From assembly GCA_003140665.1 (NCBI GenBank), contig PLKS01000058.1, forward strand, positions 1 to 50,183: a stretch of 50,183 nt of DNA. Direction: 5' to 3'. The DNA is from Opitutaceae bacterium. Its GTDB lineage: Bacteria > Verrucomicrobiota > Verrucomicrobiia > Opitutales > Opitutaceae. A program made the translations under genes and the position numbers. Below, piece after piece: positions 18,901 through 27,273 of this stretch (the stretch's first letter is position 1; each line of letters starts with the position of its first letter). Below the pieces are notes generated by a model. That model had not been told where the DNA came from, ran no database searches, and saw nothing but the letters and a program-made list of their open reading frames with translations.

Positions 18901-19931
18901 GCCTGTTCAAGGCGTTCAGCCAGGTGGACTCGTCGACCACCCGCAAGTACGGGGGGACCGGCCTGGGCCTGGCGATCTGCCAGCGCCTCTGCCAGCTGAT
19001 GAACGGGGACATCCGCGCCGAGAGCGTGCTGGGCAAGGGCTCGATATTCACGATAGCCATCATGACGGACGGGGCCCAGCGCCCGCCGGAGGTCGCCCCG
19101 CCTCCCTTCGCCGGCACCGAGCTGCAGGGAGCCCTGGCGGTCTGCATCGAGGACAATCCCATCACCCGCGCGCGCCTGCGCACGCTGTTTGAGACGCTGG
19201 GAGCCACCTGCGTCTTCGCGAATGACCCGGAAGCCGCCGTGCTCATGACCTCCACCCTCCCGAAGCCGCCGGCGGTCGTGATCCTGGACCTTCCCGAGTT
19301 CGACAGCCAGCGGGCGTTCGAGCAGACGTGGGCGATCAAGTGCCCGAGGCTGGTCCTTTTCCGTCTCGGCCAGACACCCCCGCCCGCCCCTTCGGACCGG
19401 CTGCCGTACGCCACGGTTTCGAAGCCGATCAAGACGGCGTCTTTCCTGCAGGCCCTGTCGCTGCTATGGAACCGTTCGGGCGGCGACAAGGTGATGCAGG
19501 CGAGGCAGGAGGACCGCCCCATCGCGGAGGAGATCCCGCTCAACGTGCTGGTGGCCGAGGACAACGCGGTGAACCAGAAGGTCGCCCTTCGCTTCCTCGA
19601 GCGCATGGGCTACAACGCAGATGCCGTCGGCAACGGGCTCGAGGCCGTCAACGCGTTCAAGAACCGGAACTACGACCTCATCCTCATGGATCTCCAGATG
19701 CCCGAGATGGACGGGCTTGAGGCGAGCCGAAGGATACGGAGGGAGCTGCCGGCGGAGCGCCAGCCGAAGATCATCGCCCTCACGGCCAACGCGATGCAGG
19801 GCGATCGCGAGATCTGCCTCGATGCCGGGATGGACGACTACATCTCGAAGCCCGTGAAGATGCACGAGATTGTCGCCGCGATCCGGCGCCAGTTCGCGAA
19901 GAGCAAGGCGGCCCCTTCCCTCAGCGGGTGA
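15987..19931 (+). CDS. Hybrid sensor histidine kinase / response regulator (polytopic N-terminus, sensor domain, 2 PAS, HisKA-HATPase, 2 receiver-like domains)
   Basis: H-box [22 protein letters not shown]-box [11 protein letters not shown]-boxes VQDTGIGI and [13 protein letters not shown]-like blocks around IGIFEWN.. and [19 protein letters not shown]... The terminal REC is [29 protein letters not shown], and an earlier REC-like block is [26 protein letters not shown]. Confidence 0.95.
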   Translation: MDNVITLPRRSWTERASLALALILVVIGASAVLGWIFHLDAFLQPVEHQAPIKANEGLCFLAIGLALLGREFGIRKAAWAAVAPALIGGLTALEGLLGFDLRIDELLAHDSLLIDTAQPGRGSVMAACCIVLAGGTLLLRLSEKRARERLFAEAVAGSVLASVGFSALLGYAFGLPAVYDWGTNTAMAAVTATALLATGSALLVLAWRESLKNEGGPPAWMPMPAVLFFFTLTLIFWIGLKEREVTYLNAKASNAAGELATRIKSDIDQQMNALDRLARNGAESPDNNMAAWATDAVQLFDESKDLGSVSISYIDSNLKTTRIYPAQGTEAALGYDGLLDSARRDAIEAARSTNTPQVVILADIGGKKSSGFVIYAPISRIGSPNSFAALEFLYARFFSTIVRQQPELASNYSVVVSIGHQEVYRSTLLDDKVDQGLQTEKVYPIYGERIRLALTPTYLALSRDRRFLPEMALGGGLAITLLLGFTLHLARRARSGQYLSELSNKKLIAENEERRRVEARLKVSDERLRLALDSTQIGIFEWNVPKGHVYYSPGLWGMLGYEYGRMPSTLEAWQSLIHPDDLPLYRKRTESQLNGVASFIDPEYRVRAVSGDWRWVYVRSKSVLAGSNGRPTRIIGTVQDITIRRESEHALRESQAEARKLSLVASKTDNLVIIGSADGRIEWVNAAFCRVMEYTLEEVVGKDPGQLLIGPDTDEVQADLIRNEIAKGIGTNTEIIHYSKSGRKYYLHLEVQVVRNQGGQVENYIAIENDITSRVETESQLRRAKAEADAASRAKSEFLASMSHEIRTPMNGVIGMTSILMETTLTGEQRNFVNTIRTSGEALLTIINDILDFSKIESGKMELERAPFELALCVEEALDLFAPTAAAKRLEIGYHVEPDVPPWIVGDVTRLRQIIVNLVNNAIKFTLAGSISIHVRRISMDTNFRATHQGRMKLEITVQDTGIGIPADRIDRLFKAFSQVDSSTTRKYGGTGLGLAICQRLCQLMNGDIRAESVLGKGSIFTIAIMTDGAQRPPEVAPPPFAGTELQGALAVCIEDNPITRARLRTLFETLGATCVFANDPEAAVLMTSTLPKPPAVVILDLPEFDSQRAFEQTWAIKCPRLVLFRLGQTPPPAPSDRLPYATVSKPIKTASFLQALSLLWNRSGGDKVMQARQEDRPIAEEIPLNVLVAEDNAVNQKVALRFLERMGYNADAVGNGLEAVNAFKNRNYDLILMDLQMPEMDGLEASRRIRRELPAERQPKIIALTANAMQGDREICLDAGMDDYISKPVKMHEIVAAIRRQFAKSKAAPSLSG

Positions 19932-21156
19932 ACACCGCCCCGGCGGCAGCCCGCAGGGACCGGCTCAGCCTGGCGATCTCCCCCGCGCGCGATCGGTCGC
20001 CCACGAGGTTGCTCATCTCCAGGGGATCCTCCTCCAGGTCGTAGAAGAGCCACGGGGCGCCATCCCCGCCGAGGACGAGCTTGCGGGCGCCCGTCCGGAG
20101 TCCCGTCCATGCGCGGTCGCATTGATCCGGCAGCCTGACGACGGAAGGCATCGATATCCCAACCCCCCCGTCGCCATTCTCCGTTTTCCAGGGTGCCCCG
20201 AGGTCCCCCGGCCCCCCCGCAAGGGCCGCCGTCAGCCGCGGCAGGTCGAGCAGGGAGAACGGGCCATCGTCCCGGCGCGGGATGCCCGGGCCTCGGACGA
20301 GCAGGGGCACGCGAATGCTTTCCTCGTGGGGCCAGCCCTTCCGGAAGAGCCCGTGCGAGCCGTGCATGTCCCCGTGGACCGACGTCAGCACGACCCGGGT
20401 GTCCTGCGGCAGGCCCGCGAGGAGCCTTCCGATCGAGCGGTCCGTCGCCTCGATGTGCGCGTAGTATCCGGCGAGTTCCACGCGCGCCCGCTCGGCTGCC
20501 CCGCCGCTCGCGGGCACGTTCCCGCGAAGGGAGAGCGTCGCCGGGTCGCGGGGCCGGATTCCCGCGGCCGGCGCGCTGTAGGGCGGATGCGGCGCCTCGA
20601 GGCTCACCACCGCGAACCAGGGGCCGCCCCGCTCGCGCAGCGCCTCGGACGCCCGCTCGCACACGACATCGCTCTGGTACCCGTCGAAGCGGACCGGCTG
20701 GGGGAGCCGCGAGCCGTGGAGCCACGGGTCGTTGAGCAGGAAGCCGCTCTCGAACCCCTCCCAGAAATCAAAGCCGCCCCGGCGGTCCGGCGGGACGACG
20801 ATCCGTGCATGGTCCTCGCCGGTGAGATTCGCCCGGCTGTCCCTTGAGTGGAGGTGCCACTTCCCGAAGAACGCCGTCCAATACGAGCGGTCGCGCATCT
20901 CGTGCGCGATCGTGCGCGATCCGGCGGGAAGCGGGTCGTAGTAGTCGCGGATCCCATTTTGGGGCGACGCGACCCCGGTGAGCATCGCGGCCCGGGCGAA
21001 GGGGCCAAAGGGATGCGGCGTGACCGCCTGCGTGAAACTCACGCTCTGGGCGGCCAGCGCGTCCAGGCATGGCGTGCGCGCGTTGGCGTCCCCCGAGTAT
21101 CCGCACGCCTGCGCCCGCCACTGCGTCGTCACGATCCACAGGATGTTGGCGGGCAT
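19921..21156 (-). CDS. Sulfatase-fold (alkaline-phosphatase superfamily) protein with degenerate active site
   Basis: The overall type-I sulfatase layout is present (ANILWIV.., ..RAAMLTG, GKWHLH, C-terminal LFYDLEEDPLEMSNL). However, the formylglycine motif reads G-P-F-A-R instead of C/S-x-P-x-R, and the N-terminal DD metal ligands read TQ. Confidence 0.85.
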   Translation of the reverse strand: MPANILWIVTTQWRAQACGYSGDANARTPCLDALAAQSVSFTQAVTPHPFGPFARAAMLTGVASPQNGIRDYYDPLPAGSRTIAHEMRDRSYWTAFFGKWHLHSRDSRANLTGEDHARIVVPPDRRGGFDFWEGFESGFLLNDPWLHGSRLPQPVRFDGYQSDVVCERASEALRERGGPWFAVVSLEAPHPPYSAPAAGIRPRDPATLSLRGNVPASGGAAERARVELAGYYAHIEATDRSIGRLLAGLPQDTRVVLTSVHGDMHGSHGLFRKGWPHEESIRVPLLVRGPGIPRRDDGPFSLLDLPRLTAALAGGPGDLGAPWKTENGDGGVGISMPSVVRLPDQCDRAWTGLRTGARKLVLGGDGAPWLFYDLEEDPLEMSNLVGDRSRAGEIARLSRSLRAAAGAVFTR

Positions 21157-21194
21157 CGGAACTTGCCTCTTCGACGCCGGCCCGCGTCCCCTCC

Positions 21195-22586
21195 CTATTG
21201 CAGCTCGATCGGCATCCCCTGAACCCGTGCCGACAGCGAGTCCAGCAGGGCGCTCGTGTGCGGGGAGGGTGTGTCGTCGCCGGCCGGGATCGTGGCCATC
21301 GGCGTAAAGTCCTTCAGGAGGACGCAGTAATCGCTGTTGACCATCATCCCGAGAAGTTCGCCGCTCTTGCTGAACACAAGGTCGCCTCGCGAGGGAGCGA
21401 AATCACCGAAGATTCTCTTGAACAATCGATTATCAACGCGGACATAGCCGCGATGCGCATCATCCAGCTTGAATCCGAGCTCCCCGTAACCCTTGCCCCC
21501 ATCGCTCACCAGCAGGGCGTCCGAGAACTTGAAAGGATCGGCGGCGAGCGGGTACACCTTTACGCCAAGCGCGGCGACCTGCTGGGCGTCGACCGGGACG
21601 ACCACGACGCGCGGATCCGAGTCCAGGAACTCGATCTGCGGGCCGCTGGAGCTGTAGTCGGGCGGGCGGTCAAATCGCACGGCGATCTTCTTCCAGTCGA
21701 CCCCGACGTCCCTGAAGGAGAAAGGCGTGTCCTCGACGTCAACCAGCGCGTACACCTGCTTCCCGTCCGTGGTGAGCACGGTCTTTGAGTCCCCGTCCTT
21801 TGTCGCGCTGCCAAAGAGGCCCTTGCGGGTGGCCGTGAACTGGGTCTGCACGCGGTTCGCCAGGAAATCGTTGAACAGGATGTTCGCGCTGATCGGGCGG
21901 TTGTCGCGGATCTCCTTGGTAAGCTCGCCCGATTTCTGCGCGAGCTGGCCGACGCCCTGCGCGAGCTGATTTGTGGACTGCTCCACCTCAAGGCGCTCGG
22001 AGCGCTCGCTCTGCACCTGCTTCTGGAGATCGTCCGCCTGCGCGACCAGCTGCTGGTTCTCGCGCTTGCCGACCTCGACGGCGACCGTGAGCCCCTCGAT
22101 CCGCTTCTGGGCGTCGGCCTGCTGCTTCTCAAGGGCGGCGAGCGACTGCTTCTGCCGCTCGGCCTCGGCCTTCTTGTCCTCGAGCTCGCGCTGCAGCTGG
22201 GAGAGCTGGCTGCGGCTGAGCGACGCGTCCTGGGACTCCGCCTGGTACTTGAGGTTGAGATCGGCCTGGGCCTTCTGCGTGTCGACCAGCTGTGCGGTCA
22301 TCTTGAGGCTGTCGGACTGGAGCTGCCCCAGGCTTCGCTCCCGCGCCGAAAGCGTGCTGTCGGCGGAGGAGAGCTTCTGCTCGAGCGCCTGGCGCGCCAG
22401 CTGCTCGTCGGCGAGCGACTGCCGCATCGCCTCGACCAGGTCCTGGTCCTTCGAAACCGTGTTCGCCGAGATCTCGTTGACCGGCGGCTGGCGCGGGTGG
22501 GCGGGCTCCGCCCTCTCCCACCGCGTGAGCGCGATGAGGTTGAGGAACAGGAAGTCGACGATGAACAGGAGGAGGGTCTTGTTCAT
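21195..22586 (-). CDS. Bitopic membrane protein: TM helix with embedded Asp + long coiled coil + C-terminal globular domain
   Basis: 463 aa. N-terminal MNKTLLLFIVDFLFLNLIALT, then about 180 residues of Q/E/A/L/K heptad-like sequence, then a roughly 230-aa beta-looking domain (..GDLVFSKSGELLGMMVNSDYCVLL..). The start overlaps the upstream stop (ATGA 22586-22583). Confidence 0.8.
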   Translation of the reverse strand: MNKTLLLFIVDFLFLNLIALTRWERAEPAHPRQPPVNEISANTVSKDQDLVEAMRQSLADEQLARQALEQKLSSADSTLSARERSLGQLQSDSLKMTAQLVDTQKAQADLNLKYQAESQDASLSRSQLSQLQRELEDKKAEAERQKQSLAALEKQQADAQKRIEGLTVAVEVGKRENQQLVAQADDLQKQVQSERSERLEVEQSTNQLAQGVGQLAQKSGELTKEIRDNRPISANILFNDFLANRVQTQFTATRKGLFGSATKDGDSKTVLTTDGKQVYALVDVEDTPFSFRDVGVDWKKIAVRFDRPPDYSSSGPQIEFLDSDPRVVVVPVDAQQVAALGVKVYPLAADPFKFSDALLVSDGGKGYGELGFKLDDAHRGYVRVDNRLFKRIFGDFAPSRGDLVFSKSGELLGMMVNSDYCVLLKDFTPMATIPAGDDTPSPHTSALLDSLSARVQGMPIELQ

Positions 22587-24262
22587 ATCGCGGCTGGCGC
22601 GGCGGACGCTCTCTGGCCCTCGAGTATCAGCCGGCGCTTGAAGCCGCGGACGTGCCGGATCTTGACAAGCGCGACGCAGATGATGCCGAACAGGTTGGAC
22701 GAGTAGGCGGCGAGGAGATTGGGCTCAATGACGCCGACGACCTGCAGGACGAGGGCCGCCGCCGTGCCCATCATGCCGACGTACAGGCCGCTGTCGAAGA
22801 GGTTCTCCTCATTGTCCATGAGACGGAGCTTGAGGAGAGGAGAGGCATCCTGGCCCTCGATCTCCCGGATCTTGCGGAGGCATGCCATGTACATTCCGAC
22901 CTGGAGCGCGGCAAATATGCCGATTGATACGAGTGTGGAGGTTTCCATAGTGACCGGGTTTGAGTTTTGAGTTGAAGCAGTTGGAGTGGCCGTGTTCGCG
23001 AGCATGGGTAGCACCAGCCGCACGCGGTACTCCGAGGTCGGGGCGGCCTTGAGCAGGAAGGGCTCCGTCGCGATTACGAGGAGCGCCGACATCACGACGG
23101 CGAGCACGCCCGCGCGAACGTGCTGCTGCGGCCCGGCGGACGACCCGCCGGCCGGCGACACGATCCAGACGTCCAGGCCGCGCAGGAGAAGGAACAGCCC
23201 GAGGATGTAGCCGGCGTACTTGAGCACAAGCATGAGCCGCGGGTGCACGAGCACCAGGGCCGCGGCCGCGCCCATCGCCGGCCCGGGCGAGCGGTTGACG
23301 GGCACCGCCCGCTGCAGCAGCAGGTAGACAGCGCCCTGTCCGTCCGCCAGGGCCAGGCGCAGGTCCTCGGACCCGGCCTTGCCGTATCGAATCAAGTAAT
23401 ACGCCACCCGGTCGGCGGAGTTCGACATCAGGGCGGCCGAATAGATGAAGGGCAGCTGGTCGGGCGCGACCCGGCTCAGGTGGGCGTATTCCCCTACCGT
23501 GCGGACGTTCTCGGTCCGCTTGAGGAGCTCCCCCAGCTGCGTCCAGTCGAGCCGGCGGCCGAGCGAAAGGAGGTCCATGTAGAATCCCTCGAGGTCGCCG
23601 AGCTCGTTGCGCTCGACCGCGGACTCGGCCAGGGCCCTGACCTCGCGCTGGAGGGTCGGCGAGAGGTGCTCGCCCTGGTAGAGGAGGCCCGCCAGGAGGA
23701 TGAGCGCGTCCAGCGGCTGGCCTCCCGGCCGGTTTGCCGGCACAAACCTGCCCGTCGACGCGATCTCGCGCGTCTTGAGGATCGACTGCACGCCCAGCGA
23801 CCCGGAATTCGAAAGGTACGCCCGGACCGTGTTTCGCGCATTCTCGGGGATGAGGAACGTAAGCACCGGGGTGCTCGGCCCGTAAGGCGTGCTCTGCCTC
23901 AGGTTGAACAGCGGGTCGAGCGATGGATCCCAGCCGCCCCAGGCGACGAGCGCGGGCTGCCTCGAGGAAAGCGCGCCCAGGGCCCGGTCGAGGGCGGCGG
24001 CCTGCGGATCGTCCACGGCCTTTGCGACGTCGAGCAGGAACTTCGCGGGCCCGATCTTTTCAGAGTCGACCAGGTCCCGGCCAAAGGCTGCCACCGAAGG
24101 CGTCCCCGCGCCTGCCGAGCGCAGGAGCCCCTTGCTGACCGATTTGAGGCTGACGGGCAGGAGCCACGCCACGACCGCGATCACCGCGCCGGCGAACACA
24201 AGCGCGGGCGCGGCCGGCGGTGTTTTGCGGGCCTCTGGGGGTAAACTCATTTGCTGCAACAA
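22583..24262 (-). CDS. Polytopic membrane protein; C-terminal three helices resemble the MotA/TolQ/ExbB channel domain (tentative)
   Basis: 559 aa. N-terminal TM (ALVFAGAVIAVVAWLLPVSL), a roughly 290-aa soluble region, a central hydrophobic cluster, then METSTLVSIGIFAALQVGMYMACL - short loop - LYVGMMGTAAALVLQVVGVI - LLAAYSSNLFGIICVALVKI. Compare canonical GLLGTV..G and ..A..TA.GL..AIP. The CDS call is solid; the family call is weak. Confidence 0.75.
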   Translation of the reverse strand: MLQQMSLPPEARKTPPAAPALVFAGAVIAVVAWLLPVSLKSVSKGLLRSAGAGTPSVAAFGRDLVDSEKIGPAKFLLDVAKAVDDPQAAALDRALGALSSRQPALVAWGGWDPSLDPLFNLRQSTPYGPSTPVLTFLIPENARNTVRAYLSNSGSLGVQSILKTREIASTGRFVPANRPGGQPLDALILLAGLLYQGEHLSPTLQREVRALAESAVERNELGDLEGFYMDLLSLGRRLDWTQLGELLKRTENVRTVGEYAHLSRVAPDQLPFIYSAALMSNSADRVAYYLIRYGKAGSEDLRLALADGQGAVYLLLQRAVPVNRSPGPAMGAAAALVLVHPRLMLVLKYAGYILGLFLLLRGLDVWIVSPAGGSSAGPQQHVRAGVLAVVMSALLVIATEPFLLKAAPTSEYRVRLVLPMLANTATPTASTQNSNPVTMETSTLVSIGIFAALQVGMYMACLRKIREIEGQDASPLLKLRLMDNEENLFDSGLYVGMMGTAAALVLQVVGVIEPNLLAAYSSNLFGIICVALVKIRHVRGFKRRLILEGQRASAAPAAI

Positions 24263-24318
24263 AGTATTGGTTTGCCGGACTGAACGGGTCCGATCACGCT
24301 GGTTAGTCTCACCGACCG

Positions 24319-24897
24319 ATGTCCCTGGGAATTGTTCACTACAACGATCCAGTTTTGCGCAAGAAAGGCGAGAAAATCACTGCGTTCGATGACGCCCTTG
24401 CGTCGCTTTCGGGGCAGATGATCGAGACAATGCACGAGGCGCGGGGGATCGGTCTCGCCGCGCAGCAGGTCGGGCGCGCCCTCCAGCTGTTTGTCGTCGA
24501 CCTGCGGACCGTTGAGGTCGATTTTGACTGGAAGCTGGATGGGGCGAAGCCGCCCCTCGAGCTGTTCATGCCAATGGTTGTCGTAAATCCCAAGTTGACC
24601 GTGGCGCGCGGGATTCCCCTGATATCGTCCGAGGAGGGCTGCCTCTCCTTCCCGGAGATCCGGGGCGACGTGGTGCGCGCCGAGAGCCTCTCCGCGGCGT
24701 TCGCGGACCAGAACGGCCTTCCGCACACGCTCGAATGCACCGGGCTTTTCGCGCGCTGCATCCTTCACGAAACCGACCATGTGAACGGGATTCTTTTCAT
24801 CGACAGGATGGAAAAGGCGGTTCGCGACGGGATCGACGAGGCCGTCAAGGCGCTTGCGAGGCAGACCCGCGCCGGCCGGTCCGCGGCTCCGTCGTGA
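24319..24897 (+). CDS. def: Peptide deformylase
   Basis: All three PDF motifs are present: GIGLAAQQVG, EGCLSFP, HETDHVNG. Confidence 0.95.
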   Translation: MSLGIVHYNDPVLRKKGEKITAFDDALASLSGQMIETMHEARGIGLAAQQVGRALQLFVVDLRTVEVDFDWKLDGAKPPLELFMPMVVVNPKLTVARGIPLISSEEGCLSFPEIRGDVVRAESLSAAFADQNGLPHTLECTGLFARCILHETDHVNGILFIDRMEKAVRDGIDEAVKALARQTRAGRSAAPS

Positions 24898-25424
24898 GCA
24901 TCGCGACCCGAACGGGCGACAGCGGCACGACGGGATTGCTCCATGGGCAGCGTGTCCCGAAGGACCATCCGCAGATCGAGGCGGTGGGGGCCTTCGACGA
25001 GCTCAACGTGGAGGTCGGGGCCGCGCGCATGCTTGTGTCGGACGCGGGCGGGCGGGAGCTCCTGCTGGCCGTCCAGGGATCGCTCGTCGCGCTCATGGGG
25101 GAGGTCGCGTGCGCCGAGGAGGATGCGGCCGGCCACGCACAGTCGCGGTTCGCGCGCGTTGGCGATGGGGATCTCCGCCGGCTCGACGATTGGGTTGCCG
25201 CGCTCGAGTCGAAGGGCATTCGCCTGGAGGGTTGGGCCACGCCCGGCGCGAATCCGACCGCCCTTGCGTTTGACCGCGCCCGCGTCGCCGCAAGGCGCGC
25301 CGAGCGCCGGCTTGCCACCCTCCCCGCGCAGGGCAGGAATGTGCGGCCCCTCCTGCTTCAGTGGATAAACCGGCTCTCGGACCTGCTTTGGCTTCTTGCG
25401 CGGGAGGCGGAATCCCGGATATAG
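24894..25424 (+). CDS. ATP:cob(I)alamin adenosyltransferase, PduO/MMAB type
   Basis: GTG 24894 overlaps the def stop (GTGA). N-terminus SIATRTGDSGTTGLL.. (TRTGDxGxT motif), ..EAVGAFDELN.., C-terminal INRLSDLLW. The track start at 24735 lies inside def. Confidence 0.88.
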   Translation: MSIATRTGDSGTTGLLHGQRVPKDHPQIEAVGAFDELNVEVGAARMLVSDAGGRELLLAVQGSLVALMGEVACAEEDAAGHAQSRFARVGDGDLRRLDDWVAALESKGIRLEGWATPGANPTALAFDRARVAARRAERRLATLPAQGRNVRPLLLQWINRLSDLLWLLAREAESRI

Positions 25425-25517
25425 CCCGCGTCGGGATGAAGCCCGGTCCGAAGGCCGCGCAGGGCGACATCGCGGGGATCGCGTTCGACACCCTGCATCG
25501 CGGGCAGATCCCCATCC

Positions 25518-26633
25518 ATGAATAAGAACCATGTTCCAGCGCTGGATGGATTGCGCGGCATCGCCTGCCTGGTGATCTTCATGGGCCATTTCAAGAACAG
25601 GCCGGGAGTCCCACCGTTGATAATCAACGGATTCTCCCAGTATTGGTCGGCGGTCGATCTTTTCTTTGTCATCTCCGGCTTCGTCATCTTCCTGTCCCTC
25701 AATCGCCTCAGGGAGAGGACGGCCGGCTTCAAAGCCTTCTTCAAGTCCTACTTCGTGAGCAGGGCCTTCCGCATTCTACCCGTATATATACTGCTCATCC
25801 TGTCCTATTACTATATTCCATTCCACAACAGGCTGGTAAATAGCGAGTTGTTCATATCGTCGATTCCCACCTATGTTTATCTCTTCTTCGGCCAGTCGTG
25901 GTACATGGCCTTTCATCACAAACAGGGCGCAGCTTACCTGATCTCATCATGGTCGCTTTGCGCGGAGGTCTTTCTCTACATCCTTTCGTTCTTCATTGTT
26001 TACTTCGTGCCGGGGAAGCGCCTCGTCAAGGCCCTGATCACGGTGGCCGTGATCAGCTATCTCGCCCGTCTCTACATCGCCGTGACGAGGGATGGCCTCG
26101 ATCTCATCGCTGCCAATCTTCTCCCGTTCTGCAGGATGGACGGCTTCATGCTGGGCGGCATAGTCGCCACTCTCTACGCGAATGACGGGCTGTCCTGGAT
26201 CAACCGCCGCGTTCTCGATGCGGCGCTCCTGCTGTTCTCGTGCGTGTTCGTGGTGCTGACCCTCAAGGACCACTATGTCTTTGGCCGCTTCTCGATTCTC
26301 TTCTCCTATGCCTTCTATTCGGTCTTCTACGCCGCGATCATCGTCAAGCTCACCCGCGGGGATTTCGTCATCCTATCCATGGGGCCGTTGAAGTGCATGG
26401 GGACGATATCCTATTTCGTCTATCTGTTCCACCTGCCGATCATCAGCGGAATAAGCCACATCCACTGCAGCGTGCTCCTGAATTTTCTCCTGTCCCTGTG
26501 CGCCGTTGTCAGTCTGGGAACCATCAGCTGGTTCGCGATGGAGAGGCCGCTCATCAGGCGCGGGAAGTCCATCGTCAGTCCCGCGCGAGACCCTGACCCC
26601 GAGTCCATCGGGGAATTTCGTCCATCCACGTGA
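25518..26633 (+). CDS. Acyltransferase family 3 (membrane O-acyltransferase)
   Basis: 371 aa, about 10 TM helices, N-terminal signature VPALDGLRGIACLVIFMGHF. Markedly lower GC than its neighbours. Confidence 0.9.
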   Translation: MNKNHVPALDGLRGIACLVIFMGHFKNRPGVPPLIINGFSQYWSAVDLFFVISGFVIFLSLNRLRERTAGFKAFFKSYFVSRAFRILPVYILLILSYYYIPFHNRLVNSELFISSIPTYVYLFFGQSWYMAFHHKQGAAYLISSWSLCAEVFLYILSFFIVYFVPGKRLVKALITVAVISYLARLYIAVTRDGLDLIAANLLPFCRMDGFMLGGIVATLYANDGLSWINRRVLDAALLLFSCVFVVLTLKDHYVFGRFSILFSYAFYSVFYAAIIVKLTRGDFVILSMGPLKCMGTISYFVYLFHLPIISGISHIHCSVLLNFLLSLCAVVSLGTISWFAMERPLIRRGKSIVSPARDPDPESIGEFRPST

Positions 26634-26691
26634 CGCCAAGGAGGGTTCTCGTTGGCTTGAATTCCGCCCGGATCCGGGACAACCTCGTCCC

Positions 26692-27273
26692 ATGCCATTC
26701 GCCCTAGTTGTTCTGGTCCTGGCGGCCGCGTGGCGGGTATTCACGCTCTACGTGCCGCCGCTCAGCAACTTTTCGCCCGTGATGGCGCTGGCGTTCTGCG
26801 CGGGCGCCTATTCCCGAAACCGCCTGATGTGGCTCGCGCCGTTCGCGGCCCTCGTCCTCTCCGACCTGTATATCGACCACTACTACGCCGTCGTCTACCA
26901 CTACGAGTGGACCGCGGCGGCCGCCATCGTTCGGATCCTGTGCTTCGCAGCGGCGGTGGGCCTCGGAATCGCTGTTTCGCGCCGTCGGAGCTGGCTGAAC
27001 CTCCTGGGCGGGGCGCTGGCCGGGTCCGTGCTTTTCTACCTCGTGACGAACACTGTCTCGTGGATGGGTGACGCCGGGTACGCGCATGACGCCGCCGGAT
27101 GGTGGCAGGCGGTGACGGTCGGTCACCCCCAGTTCTATCCCACCCTCTTCTTCTTCCGGAACACGCTTGCCAGCGACCTGCTCTTCACGGGGTGCTTCGC
27201 GCTCGCGATGGAATACGCCTCCCTCCGCAGGGGCGACGCCAGCCTCCTCGCCCTAAAGCAGGTCCGCCGCTAG
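26692..27273 (+). CDS. DUF6580-like membrane protein (putative small-molecule transporter component)
   Basis: I prefer ATG 26692 (MPFALVVLVLAAAWRVFTL..). LSNFSPVMALAFCAGAY matches the N-F-(S/T)-P motif I associate with DUF6580. Five to six TM helices. Confidence 0.72.
   Translation: MPFALVVLVLAAAWRVFTLYVPPLSNFSPVMALAFCAGAYSRNRLMWLAPFAALVLSDLYIDHYYAVVYHYEWTAAAAIVRILCFAAAVGLGIAVSRRRSWLNLLGGALAGSVLFYLVTNTVSWMGDAGYAHDAAGWWQAVTVGHPQFYPTLFFFRNTLASDLLFTGCFALAMEYASLRRGDASLLALKQVRR

Noticed and set aside
19921-19931. Convergent 3'-end overlaps (histidine kinase/sulfatase by 11 nt; DUF6580/PhoH2 by 21 nt at 27253-27273).
   Set aside because: Small convergent overlaps are common in compact GC-rich genomes. 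Nothing suggests antisense regulation beyond the geometry.
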